Origin: Octopus sinensis
Lineage: Eukaryota
Assembly: GCF_006345805.1 (NCBI RefSeq)
Contig: NC_043013.1
Coordinates: forward strand, 24,242,001 to 24,306,000
Length of the DNA stretch: 64,000 nucleotides
Reading direction: 5' to 3'
Shown here in pieces: positions 63,660-64,000 of the stretch (positions are counted from its first letter, which is position 1; each line of letters opens with the position of its first letter). Under the pieces are notes generated by a model. It was not told where the DNA came from, made no database searches, and saw only the letters and a list, made by a program, of their open reading frames with translations. The translations under genes and the position numbers were made by a program.

Positions 63660-63841
63660 TATATATATATATATATATAGGCGCAGGAGTGGCTGTGTGG
63701 TAAGTAGCTTGCTTACCAACTACATGGTTCCGGGTTCAATCCCACTGCGTGGCATCTTGGGCAAGTGTCTTCTGCTATAGCCTCGGACCGACCAATGCCT
63801 TGTGAGTGGATTTGGTAGACGGAAACTGAAAGAAGCCTGTC

Positions 63842-63884
<43 letters not shown>

Positions 63885-64000
63885 GTATGTGTGTCTGTGT
63901 TTGTCCCCCTAGCATTGCTTGACAACCGATGCTGGTGTGTTTACGTCCCCGTAACGTAGAGGTTCGGCAAAAGAGACCGATAGAATAAGCTACTGGGCTT

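Overview
AT-rich, repeat-dense eukaryotic genomic DNA. The SINE families, RTE LINEs and microsatellite load suggest an octopus (coleoid cephalopod); this is an inference from repeat recognition. Two spliced genes lie in divergent orientation. (1) A complete 9-exon SLC25A17/PMP34 peroxisomal carrier gene on the minus strand (CDS 27795 down to 1228, 939 nt, 312 aa, all GT-AG junctions in frame). (2) A 2-exon centromeric histone H3 variant (CENP-A/CenH3-like, 141 aa) on the plus strand (36669-36851 + 43232-43474); unusually, it has no loop-1 extension relative to canonical H3. The rest is mostly transposon debris: RTE, L1/Tx1 and CR1 LINEs, a Gypsy-type LTR element, Tc1/mariner, hAT, piggyBac and Merlin-like MITEs, Helitrons, tRNA-derived SINEs and Penelope-like elements (PLEs). 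The most unusual signal is in RNA structure. A 737-bp tandem array (about 58150-60050) carries in every unit all hammerhead-ribozyme core elements and helices, but in a 5'-3' order that is not a circular permutation (type I/II/III) of the normal hammerhead. Two conventional PLE-type type I hammerheads (48325-48429 and 61656-61700, minus strand) are also present. All structures were paired by eye; none was computed or tested.
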